Positions 9,202-18,600 of a DNA stretch of 52,321 bases are shown here, one piece after another; the stretch's first letter is position 1, and every line of letters starts with the position of its first letter. The notes beneath the pieces were generated by a model, which worked only from the letters and a program-made list of their open reading frames with translations, was not told the origin of the DNA and did no database searches. Origin of the DNA: Dehalococcoidia bacterium UBA1123 (GTDB lineage: Bacteria > Chloroflexota > Dehalococcoidia > Lucifugimonadales > UBA1123); NCBI GenBank assembly GCA_002313895.1, contig DCAW01000005.1, positions 17,358 to 69,678 on the forward strand, read 5' to 3'. Position numbers and translations under genes: made by a program.

Positions 9202-9507
9202 CTAAATCCAGTAGTCCGGCCAAAAATCTCTCAGAACTCCGGCGTAAACCGTCGCGCGTTGGACGAAAAACACCGCCAGAGCGAAGAAGATAATCGCGAA
9301 GCCATACAACACTGGCCTAATACGTCCCCACGAAGCCGCTATGTGACGGGACTCAATAAAAGACGGAATCATATTGTGGCCGATCAGCATGTTTGAAGCA
9401 AATAGCACTATAAACAACACTGCAAGTCCCAGGCTTCGCTGAAGGTTCCCGAGTTCCTGCCAATTGGCTGGGCTTATGAACCCAGGATCGAGAAATATCT
9501 GTTCCAT
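9202..9507 (-). CDS. Hypothetical two-TM membrane protein, first gene of the act operon
   Basis: About 101 aa from ATG 9507; two hydrophobic helices; lies between the promoter and actA. Confidence 0.7.
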   Translation of the reverse strand: MEQIFLDPGFISPANWQELGNLQRSLGLAVLFIVLFASNMLIGHNMIPSFIESRHIAASWGRIRPVLYGFAIIFFALAVFFVQRATVYAGVLRDFWPDYWI

Positions 9508-9569
9508 ATTTAGGTTGCTTTTCACCTTGTCCTTGCTGCGAATCAAGTGCCTCGTTTCAAGCCGCTGGA

Positions 9570-9598
9570 ATTATCACATCGCGTCCCTAGGGTGTCAA
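9570..9598 (-). promoter_or_regulatory. Sigma70-type promoter of the act operon
   Basis: Minus strand TTGACA-17 nt-GATAAT with an extended-10 TG. Confidence 0.7.
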
Positions 9599-9632
9599 GG
9601 GCGCAACGAGGCAATTATTTTGTAACAAGGCC

Positions 9633-9650
9633 TTGTGATTTTTATCACGG
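9633..9650. promoter_or_regulatory. Rex/CRP-like operator
   Basis: TTGTGATTTTTATCACGG resembles Rex TTGTGAAnnnnTTCACAA and CRP TGTGA-N6-TCACA. Confidence 0.5.
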
Positions 9651-9677
9651 TCGGTAAGTTAGTGTCAAGCCATTCGG

Positions 9678-9706
9678 TTGAGCATAACGCCGATTTCGCC
9701 TACAAT
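9678..9706 (+). promoter_or_regulatory. Sigma70-type promoter of the aldolase operon
   Basis: TTGAGC-17 nt-TACAAT upstream of ATG 9745. Confidence 0.55.
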
Positions 9707-9744
9707 TGCCACGTCCAAAATAAGCAACGAACTAGGAGCAGCCC

Positions 9745-10455
9745 ATGCGTGTCAATAACGTCGTGACCAAGATGAACGCAGGCGAGATGGCATACGGAGC
9801 CAATCTGTCGTTCCCGTCCACCACTATGATTGAGCTTTCTGGCAGAGTAGGCTTCGATTTCGTGACTTTTGACAGCGAACACGGGCCATTCACGGTGGAT
9901 ATTCTCGACGACCTCTGCCGAGTTGCCGACATGGCTGGGTTGACTCCGATGGCAAGAGTGCCAGATATAGAGCATCCCACAATTCTTAGATTTCTCGACC
10001 GGGGCATCATGGGAGTCACCGGTCCGCACATCACCGACGGCGAACGCGCCCAGAAGCTGGCTGATGCCTGCCGGTACACCCCTAGAGGCAAGCGAAGTTT
10101 CGGCTCAGGCCGAGGAGCGTATTTCGGCGATTTTGAATCTGGCCCAGACTATATGTCCCACACCAACGATAATATTCTCGTCATCGCCCAGCTTGAAGAC
10201 ATTCAAGTTTTGGACAATCTGGACAACATTTTATCTGTTGAGGGTATCGATCTGTTCACCTCTGGCGCCCAGGACATCGCGCAGTCTATGGGATTGCCAG
10301 GTCAGCCCAATCATCAGAGGGTAAAAGAATTTGAAGCTAAGGTTCGCGACGCCGTCCACGCTGCTGGGCGCAAGATGGCAGAGGACGTGATGGCAAGCGC
10401 GAGAGCCGCCAACCTGTTTTTGGATGGAGCGCGAGCGTTCTTAAATTCTCGTTAG
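9745..10455 (+). CDS. HpcH/HpaI aldolase/citrate lyase family protein
   Basis: FDFVTFDSEHG, ARVP, LDRG..GV..PHI, IAQLED; AGGAG RBS. Confidence 0.9.
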   Translation: MRVNNVVTKMNAGEMAYGANLSFPSTTMIELSGRVGFDFVTFDSEHGPFTVDILDDLCRVADMAGLTPMARVPDIEHPTILRFLDRGIMGVTGPHITDGERAQKLADACRYTPRGKRSFGSGRGAYFGDFESGPDYMSHTNDNILVIAQLEDIQVLDNLDNILSVEGIDLFTSGAQDIAQSMGLPGQPNHQRVKEFEAKVRDAVHAAGRKMAEDVMASARAANLFLDGARAFLNSR

Positions 10456-10503
10456 TCAATCATGTCATTCGGACGATCCAACCACGTACTTAGAGGAATT
10501 TTG

Positions 10504-12486
10504 ATGGAAACGGAAATCAGATTCAAAATCCGCCACCGCGAAACCTTCGCTGACGGCGAGTCGTTCGGTAATACCGGCCAATACGAGCGAATCGCAGGCG
10601 AAATACGATTCGCGGTCGACCCAGACTCCGATGCGTATTCGATGGTCGTGGATTTGAAACACGCCCCCAGAAATGACCACGGGTTTGTCGAGTTTGCCAC
10701 CGACTTCTACATTCTCAAACCTGCTGATCTGGCGCAAGGCAACCGGAGGCTCCTGTACGACGTCAACAACCGTGGCGCCTTGAGGATGCTCCAATTCTTC
10801 AACGACGCGGTTCACTCCAACACTCCCTCGACAACTGAGCACGCGGGCAACGGGTTCCTGATGCGACGAGGATACAGCCTCGTGTGGTCTGGATGGCAAG
10901 GCGACATCATGCCAGGCGACGGCCGTCAGACGATGAGGCTCCCAATCGCCACCGAAAACGGCGAGGAAATAACGGGCGTTACTCGGTCAGAATTTATCGT
11001 GGACGAGCATGGCGTTTTGAGCATGCCTCTTAGCGCCAACGGCTACACGTCAAGCTACGAAGCAATATCCACCGACACCCGCGATGCAACATTCACGATG
11101 AGAGAGTACGAGAGCGATCAACGCCAGCCAATCGCCGACGATGACTGGGCGTTTGCGAGGCTCCAGAATGGTCGCCCGATCCCGTCTGCGTTCCATTGTC
11201 ATTTGCCTCGGGGATTCAAGCCGGGTTGGATTTACGAGTTGGTTTACACCGCCAAAAATCCCAATGTGCAAGGCCTCGGATTGACTGGAGTGCGCGACCT
11301 GATCTCGTTCCTGCTCCACGACGAAGCCGACACCAAAGGGACGCCGAATCCTCTGAGGCTGAATGGAACACGCATGGAAAAAGCTTATGGCTGGGGGCGA
11401 TCACAGAGCGGCAGATTCCTGCGCGAGTTCGTGTATCGCGGATACAACGAAGACAGCCAGGGTAGAAGAGTATTCGACGCAATCTCTCCTCACGTCTCCG
11501 GCGGCGGTCGCGTCGTCCTGAATTACCGATTCGCCCAACCAGGCCGTTACCCACGGCCTCATGACGATCATCTGTATCCGTCAGATTCGTTCCCATTCTC
11601 CTATTCCGTCATCTCCGACCCAATGACTGGCAAAACTGACGGAATACTCAAGAGACCCGATTCTGACCCTCTCGTCATCCACACTCAGACCTCGTCGGAG
11701 TACTGGACGCGCCGCGGCTCGCTTGTTCACACAGATTCGATAGGCAATGATATCCCCGAACATCACAAAACCAGGGTTTTTCACTTCGCAGGCTCTCAAC
11801 ACAACGCCGACCCGCTTGGAGGCAACCCGAATCTTGAGTACGCTCGATACCGCGCCAACCCTTTGAACACGACGCCACTCCTCAGGGCAGTAATCGACGC
11901 TCTGGACGCCTGGGCCACCGACGCAACGCCCCCGCCTGATAGCATGTTTCCTCGGCGTTCGGACGAAACAGGCGTGCCTGCCGACGTGGCAGCGAGGGTG
12001 TTCCCCAAGATACCCAACGTCGAGCATCCTGATAACTCGAACAGGCTGTTCTTCCAGAATCACGGCCCAGAGTTCGACGCGGGCATCGCCTCCAACGAAC
12101 CTCCAATCGAGGATCGTTCGCGAGAGTACATAGTGCTGGTTCCCCAGGTTGATGCCGACGGAAACGAAACGCCGGGAATTCGCACGCCCCATATCCAGGT
12201 CCCGCTGGCGACCTACACTGGATGGAACTACCGCCCAGCCGGGTCAGCAGAGCAGGCTATCGCCGGGACCACAGGCGGATATCATCCTCTGCCAGTCAAT
12301 AGAGCCCAACGGGATGACACCGGCGACCCGCGTCTGTCGGTCGAGGAACGTTACGGCTCCAAAGCTCGGTACGTCCGACTGATCGCCTTGACAGCCCAGA
12401 GGATGGTAGAGCGGCGCCTGCTCTTGGAGGAGGACGCAGACAGATACGTCGCTCTGGCAATGGAACATGATTTTGAAGCGATATGA
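10504..12486 (+). CDS. Alpha/beta hydrolase domain-containing protein (uncharacterised family)
   Basis: GRSQSGRFLR nucleophile elbow, YDVNNRG, SSEYW, VPQVDADGNE motifs; AGAGGA RBS before ATG 10504. Confidence 0.8.
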   Translation: METEIRFKIRHRETFADGESFGNTGQYERIAGEIRFAVDPDSDAYSMVVDLKHAPRNDHGFVEFATDFYILKPADLAQGNRRLLYDVNNRGALRMLQFFNDAVHSNTPSTTEHAGNGFLMRRGYSLVWSGWQGDIMPGDGRQTMRLPIATENGEEITGVTRSEFIVDEHGVLSMPLSANGYTSSYEAISTDTRDATFTMREYESDQRQPIADDDWAFARLQNGRPIPSAFHCHLPRGFKPGWIYELVYTAKNPNVQGLGLTGVRDLISFLLHDEADTKGTPNPLRLNGTRMEKAYGWGRSQSGRFLREFVYRGYNEDSQGRRVFDAISPHVSGGGRVVLNYRFAQPGRYPRPHDDHLYPSDSFPFSYSVISDPMTGKTDGILKRPDSDPLVIHTQTSSEYWTRRGSLVHTDSIGNDIPEHHKTRVFHFAGSQHNADPLGGNPNLEYARYRANPLNTTPLLRAVIDALDAWATDATPPPDSMFPRRSDETGVPADVAARVFPKIPNVEHPDNSNRLFFQNHGPEFDAGIASNEPPIEDRSREYIVLVPQVDADGNETPGIRTPHIQVPLATYTGWNYRPAGSAEQAIAGTTGGYHPLPVNRAQRDDTGDPRLSVEERYGSKARYVRLIALTAQRMVERRLLLEEDADRYVALAMEHDFEAI

Positions 12487-12496
12487 TTGATCAAGC

Positions 12497-13654
12497 ATGA
12501 ACTCCAAAAATTATGACGTAGCGATAATCGGTCTCGGAGCGATGGGCAGCGCCTCCGCGTATCACCTGGCGCGTCGCGGGTTGCGAGTGATTGGGTTTGA
12601 CCGCCACTCCCCTCCCCACGATCAAGGCTCGTCTCACGGCGAGACCCGAATCATCCGAGAGGCTTATGCAGAGGGCGTCGCCTACGTAAAGATTGTCCAA
12701 CGCGCCTACGAGCTCTGGGCCGAGTTGGAAGAGGAATCCGGGCGCGACCTTTATCTCCAGACCGGCGGAATGATGTTTGGCTCGGACGGCAGCGATATGA
12801 TCGCAGGGGCCGAAACCAGCGCAGTTACTCACAATCTCACCTTCGAAAAACTGTCGATGGATGAAGTTCGGCATCGCTACAAAATCTTCAACCCCGACGT
12901 CGATATGACAGCAATCTTTGACCCTCGATCTGGCATTTTGTATCCAGAATCCTGTGTTGAAGCGCATCTTGAACTTGCGAAGCGTCATGGCGCGGAGCTT
13001 TTATTCGGCCAACCTGCGGTATCGTGGGACTCGAATTCTGACAGTGTGACGGTTAGGACCGAAAACGGCGCTTACACCGCTCAGTTTCTGATCCTCGCCG
13101 CCGGATCATGGTTGCCACAGTTGCTCAATGGCCTAGAAGTTCCATTGCAAGTTGAGCGCCAAGTTTTGATGTGGTATGAACCCACCGCGAATCAAGAGTT
13201 ATTTCGTCCTGAAAATTGCCCCATTTTCATTTGGGACACCGGGCCTGGAATTCACTTTTACGGTTTCCCGGATTTGGGAACCGGCGTCAAGGTAGCCAGA
13301 ATGCACTTCGGCGACACCGCCACTCCTGAAAACCTGCGCCGCGACGCTGATGCAGACGACGACGCGCCTGTTCGGTCGTTCCTTGAACATTTCATGCCAG
13401 ACGTTCCAGGCAAGCTGCTGTCCTCTCAGGTCTGCATGTTCACTAACACGCCAGACGAGCATTTCCTCATTGACCTACATCCAGAATATGGAAACGTTGT
13501 GATTGCCAGCCCATGCTCTGGCCACGGATTCAAATTCGCCAGTGCGATGGGCGAGATTCTTGCAGATTTAGCCACGACCGGCAAGTCAAATTTCGACATC
13601 AGCATGTTTGGACTAGATCGATTCGACAATATCAATGAACAGGAGATTTCATGA
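12497..13654 (+). CDS. solA: N-methyl-L-tryptophan oxidase / monomeric sarcosine oxidase family
   Basis: GLGAMGS FAD motif, GSSHGETRIIR, covalent-FAD Cys in VCMFTNTPD, CSGHGFKF. Confidence 0.88.
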   Translation: MNSKNYDVAIIGLGAMGSASAYHLARRGLRVIGFDRHSPPHDQGSSHGETRIIREAYAEGVAYVKIVQRAYELWAELEEESGRDLYLQTGGMMFGSDGSDMIAGAETSAVTHNLTFEKLSMDEVRHRYKIFNPDVDMTAIFDPRSGILYPESCVEAHLELAKRHGAELLFGQPAVSWDSNSDSVTVRTENGAYTAQFLILAAGSWLPQLLNGLEVPLQVERQVLMWYEPTANQELFRPENCPIFIWDTGPGIHFYGFPDLGTGVKVARMHFGDTATPENLRRDADADDDAPVRSFLEHFMPDVPGKLLSSQVCMFTNTPDEHFLIDLHPEYGNVVIASPCSGHGFKFASAMGEILADLATTGKSNFDISMFGLDRFDNINEQEIS

Positions 13655-14697
13655 AGACCGTAGCCGCAATACAAACTGCCCCCGAACAACCCTTGATCGT
13701 CGATGAACTCGACCTGCCTGACCCACAACCCGATCAGGTAATCGTAAAGTTGTTTTCGAGCGGAGTGTGCCATTCTCAGCTTCACCAAATGCATAACGCC
13801 ACCGCCGAACGTCCGATGGTCTTGGGTCACGAAGGCACGGGCGTTGTGACTCACGTTGGCAGCAACGTGACACACGTTCAAGAGGGCGATCACGCCATCG
13901 TCACCTGGGTTCCTCGAACGCCGAACCGGGGACGCGGCCTTCAGACACCTTCAGGGGCGACTTATCAAGACAAACTCGTCTCTGGCTCCGTGTACACATG
14001 GTCTCAGGACGTGCTGTGTAGCGGCGAATTGGTAATTCCGATTGGCAAAGAACATCCGACCGACATAAGCTCCATCGTCGGGTGCGCTGTGCTGACGGGA
14101 GCCGGAGCAGTGATGAACACCGCGAATGTCGGGCCCGGAGACTCGGTGGCGATATTCGGAGTCGGCGGCGTCGGGATGTCTGCGATTCAGATGGCCTCCA
14201 TTCTGGAAGCGTACCCAGTGATCGCGGTGGACCTTAGCGACGATAAGTTGGATTTCGCGAGGGAGTTCGGCGCAACACACACCGTTAACGCATCTCAAGT
14301 CAATCCGGTGGAGGCCATCCAAGAACTCACGGGAGGAGGCGCGGATTACGCTTTCGACGCCATCGGTGTCCGCATTACCAACGAACAGATACTCCCCTCA
14401 GTCCGGGGCGGTGGTTCTGGCGCTGAAAACCACGGCGGAATGGCAGTCCTCATCGGCATCCCCCAGCAGGAAATGACTATCGACCCTCGATTGTTCATGG
14501 CCCAACGCACTTATCGAGGAAGCCTGGGAGCGACCTATCCAGAAAAGGATTTTGAAACGTTCTTGCGCTTGCATCGGGAAGGAAAATTCCCCCTGGACAA
14601 GTTGGTGACCCGGCGGTACAAGCTCGATCAGATCAACGAAGCATGCGACGCGTTGGAAGGCGGACAGATATTGGGCAGGGCGATACTGGAGTACTAA
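13651..14697 (+). CDS. Zinc-binding alcohol dehydrogenase (MDR family)
   Basis: GVCHSQ, LGHEGTG, GCAVLTG, GVGGVG; ATGA overlap with solA. Confidence 0.9.
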   Translation: MKTVAAIQTAPEQPLIVDELDLPDPQPDQVIVKLFSSGVCHSQLHQMHNATAERPMVLGHEGTGVVTHVGSNVTHVQEGDHAIVTWVPRTPNRGRGLQTPSGATYQDKLVSGSVYTWSQDVLCSGELVIPIGKEHPTDISSIVGCAVLTGAGAVMNTANVGPGDSVAIFGVGGVGMSAIQMASILEAYPVIAVDLSDDKLDFAREFGATHTVNASQVNPVEAIQELTGGGADYAFDAIGVRITNEQILPSVRGGGSGAENHGGMAVLIGIPQQEMTIDPRLFMAQRTYRGSLGATYPEKDFETFLRLHREGKFPLDKLVTRRYKLDQINEACDALEGGQILGRAILEY

Positions 14698-14706
14698 TCC
14701 GGCGTA

Positions 14707-15527
14707 CTACCTGATGGCGACAAGGTCGCCCACGAAGATGCTCGATGCGTCTGACAACCCGCCTTTGATTTGGATTACATACGTCGCTGGCGCCGATGGC
14801 CGATAGACAAGTAACTCGGAGTCGGGAGTTCCGACCAATTCAATCAGCATCGACTCGATGTCCACGATTACGAAATTCCGGCCAAGGAACACGATATCCA
14901 GCGGAACCATCACTTCGCGCGTCCGGTGCGGTCAACGGCCTTCCTGTGGATGGTCGTACAGCAGAGCTTCATCGTCAAATATCACGACCATGTTCTTGAA
15001 CTCTGTCGAGCGGACGTAAACGTCCGCTGCGAGCCGAACACGGAATGTTTTGCCGTTCACCGTCGCGCGACGGGTCATTTCAGGCGCTATTGACGGTGGA
15101 GGCGGAACCGTCGAGGCGTCGCAGTGGGCGTCGCTGGCGGTCGTTTCGTCGGGTTAGGCGCGGACGCAGAGCCGCCTGCTCCCTTAAGCATGGCGGCCAG
15201 GAGTTGGTCAGCATCGCTCAACGGCACTTTGTCAGTTTTCACAGCGAAATCTATGTCAGCTTTAACTTCAACACCTGTGTCTGTAACCAACATCCCCAGG
15301 GGGTTCGCAGGTTGGTTCGTCGGGTTGGTTATGGTGATGGTTATGGATTCGCCAGGCATGAGCAGGAAGCCTGCCAATAACGCGTTCACACGCTCGGTGC
15401 CAGCCTGACCCGCGGCCACGCCAATCATCGCCACCACTAGCGCGAACGCCCACAAGGGGATGCCGAGGCGACGCCCGCCGATCCGCCAAGACAGAACGCC
15501 ACGAGATCGCCTTCGCCTGTTTGCCAA
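14707..15527 (-). pseudogene. Disrupted exported protein with Pro/Thr linker and C-terminal DUF192 domain
   Basis: N-terminal hydrophobic signal; frameshift near 15110; then VNGKTFRVRLAAD...DDEALLYDHPQEGR*PHRTREVMVPLDIVFL...YVIQIKGG, with in-frame TGA at 14932-14934; matches the DUF192 pattern. Confidence 0.65.
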
Positions 15528-15634
15528 AACTTTCACTCCCTTCAATTGCACAACCAATGTGGCACGAATGAAAGCCGGTTGCTAGACGAAATCTCCTGTT
15601 GAATTGTAACCGAGGTCTATTCTATTTCAGAACG

Positions 15635-15667
15635 AAAAGAGGGCGGGCAAAATACGCCAGCCCCCTT
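15635..15667 (-). terminator. Probable intrinsic terminator
   Basis: Imperfect GC-rich hairpin followed on the minus strand by TCTTTT, about 25 nt after the stop of 15694..18879. Confidence 0.5.
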
Positions 15668-15693
15668 GAATTTCAGCCCTAGTATATCAAACC

Positions 15694-18600
15694 CTACGGT
15701 GTCGTCCGAGGCACTATCGTCGGAATTTGAAGCTCGGCCAGCAAGTTCTCAAACTCCGAGAGTTCGTTGTCGATAACGCTCTGCAAGGCCTGGAATTGGG
15801 CGTCCAACTCCTCGGTATACTGAGCGAACACTTCGTAGGTCTGCTGGGGCGGTCGGAAGTCCGCCGCGGCGACGACTGGAACCAGTCCCAACAGCTTGGC
15901 GTTCAACTTGACCGGCAGGGTGAGCCTGTCGCGTGCGCCGCGATACTCAGTTTGGATCAATTCGGATTCGATGTCAGTAAATTGCTGTTTCAGCGCATCA
16001 GCCGACGCGGACACCGCCTCTTGCGCCGCCGAGTCCTCGGCCCTCTTGGCCCACTCAGCCACCTGAGTCCTGGCGCTTCGCAGCCTGTTGATGTTGTCAT
16101 GAGTTTCTGAGACTTTGTCGCGTAGCTGCAACAGCATGGCGAACTGGGCGTCGAAGTCTTCCTGAGTCGCCTCGACGTTGGGGTTCTTCACCAGATCGAA
16201 ATTTTGTGTCTGCGATTCGTCACCGACTGTCAACCGCACCGAGTATGCCCCCGGAGGCGACAACGGGCCAATAATGCTGTCCTCGGTGGTTTTGTCGCCG
16301 GGAACGCGGTTCGCCGGAGGATAGCGAAGGTTCCAGTCGAAGTGGTTCAATCCCGCCGCCGCCGCCACGCGACCGTCGCGCCGCTCGTCTTCGTTTTCCA
16401 ACTCTGCTGAAGAGAATGTCTTGATCTCGTTGCCTTCAGAGTCCATGAACGTCAATGTGGCTTCTGAATCAGGCGCCTCCGCCAGATAGTAGTTGACTCG
16501 CAGCCCTCCAGGTGGGTTCTGTCCGGCGTCCAGGAATTTCCTGACCGTTTCACCGGAGGAATTTTTCGACTCAGTGTAGGTTACTGCTGCACCCAGCGAC
16601 AGCTGGTAATTCTTGCCTCCGCTCGGCTTTCGGCCCCCGAACGGCGCGCCGAGCCTAACTTTGGTTCCGGGCTTAAGAAGGTGGACCGACTCGCCGCTCA
16701 GGTCAGCAGCCAACTGGCGCACCTGGCTCAGATCGTCCAGAATCCAAAATGAGCGACCGTGGGTCGCGGCGATCAGGTCGTCATCTTTTATAAGTAGATC
16801 GTAAAACGGGACCACCGGCAAGTTTGCCTTGAACTTTTGCCACGAGTCTCCAGCGTTGAACGACACATAAAGGCTGGTCTCCGTTCCAGCGAATAGTAGT
16901 CCAGCCTGATTTGGGTCTTCTCGGACGGAGCGGGTGAAATCGTCTTCAGGGATGCCGTTAATGATTTCAGACCAGCTTGCGCCGTAATCGTTGGTTCTGT
17001 ATAGCAGCGGTCGGGTGTCGTCCAGCTTATACTTGGTGGCCGCTACATAGGCTGTCGCAGGATCGTGGGGCGACAATTCGATAGCAGCTATCTGGCTCCA
17101 CTCCGGCAACGTGGGCGGAGTGATGTTCGTCCACGTCTCGCCACCGTCCCGTGAGATGTTAACCAGTCCATCATCAGAACCGGCCCAGAACACCCCTGCT
17201 TCCTGCGCGGATTCGACGAACGCGAATATCGTGCAATAGGTCTCAGCGCCGGAAGTGTCTAAAGTGACCGGCCCGCCAGAGGGTTGCATCTTGGTCGGGT
17301 CGTTACGAGTCAAGTCCGGGCTGATTGGCTCCCAAGAGCTTCCCTGATCGGTCGAACGAAACACGATGTTCCCAGTCGCGTACAACACGTCGGGGTTGTG
17401 GGGCGAGAATTGAATCGGGTAAGTCCACTGGAATCGGTACTTCATGTTTTCCGCGCCATAGCCGGTGTTGAGTTCCGGCCAGACCGTGATAATGCGGACC
17501 TGTCCCGTTTTGTGGTCATATCTGAGCATGTTCCCGCCGCCGCCAGGCGATGAACCGACCGCCCCGGACACGACAATGTTCGGATCGTCGGGGTGCAGAG
17601 CGATGTACCCACTCTCAGAGCTTCCCACCGTGTAACAGTCGCCCCACGGGATCGCCCCCTTGACTGTCCGTGACGGCACACTGATGGCCGAGTTGTCCTG
17701 TTGAGTTCCGTAGACGCGATAAGGGAACCGATCGTCTGTCGTGAGGTGATAGAACTGGGAGGTCAATTGGTTGTAAATGGTCGAGAATGTGTCGCCGCCA
17801 TTGTAGCTGACGCAGGCGCCGCCGTCGTTGCCTTCTATGATGCGTTGTGTGTTGTTCGGGTCGATCCAGATATCGTGATTGTCGCCGTGGGGCGTCGTGA
17901 CCTGGGTGAAGGTTTTGCCGCCGTCAATCGACTTCCACGCGCCATAGGAGAGAATCCAGCAGGTGTTTGCGTCTTGTGGATCTGCGAATATGTGCTGGTA
18001 GTACCAGGGACGGCCCTGAAGGTCGCGGTCGTCGCTCATCAACTCCCAGGTGTCGCCGTTATCGTCGGACCGATAAATACCACAGTCTTTCGCTTCAATC
18101 GTGGCGTAAACGCGGCCGGCCTGAGCAGGAGAAACTGCCACTCCGATGCGCCCCAGCGGCCCTTCGGGAAGTCCCGGATTGCCTGAAATATCCTCCCAGG
18201 TGTCGCCGCCGTCAGTTGTTCGCCACAGACCACTATCCGGGCCGCCTGAGGACAGATTCCAGAAACTGCGTCGAGTCTGCCAGATGGACGCAAACAAGTT
18301 TCGAGGGTTGTTTGGGTCGATGGACAGGTCTGCGGCTCCGGCGTCCTCGCTCTTGAACAGGACGTGTTCCCAGTCTCGGCCGCCGTTGGATGAGCGGAAA
18401 ATGCCTCGCTCGCTATTGGGACCGAAAGCGTGGCCCAGAGCGGCGACATACACAAGGTCGGCGTTCTGAGGATGGGTTCGGACCCGCGAAATGTGCCTCG
18501 TATCCTTCAACCCCATGTTTTGCCAGGATTTTCCGGCATCGGTCGAACGATAAACGCCGTCGCCGTGAGTCACATCAATCCGTATGCAGGCCTCTCCCAT

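Noticed and set aside
14932-14934. In-frame TGA in the DUF192 relic as a second selenocysteine
   Set aside because: Not at a Cys-type position, no clear downstream hairpin, and the gene is also frameshifted.
15009-15028. Perfect 9-bp inverted repeat AGCGGACGT-aa-ACGTCCGCT
   Set aside because: Single copy inside a decayed coding region, with no U-tract or promoter context.
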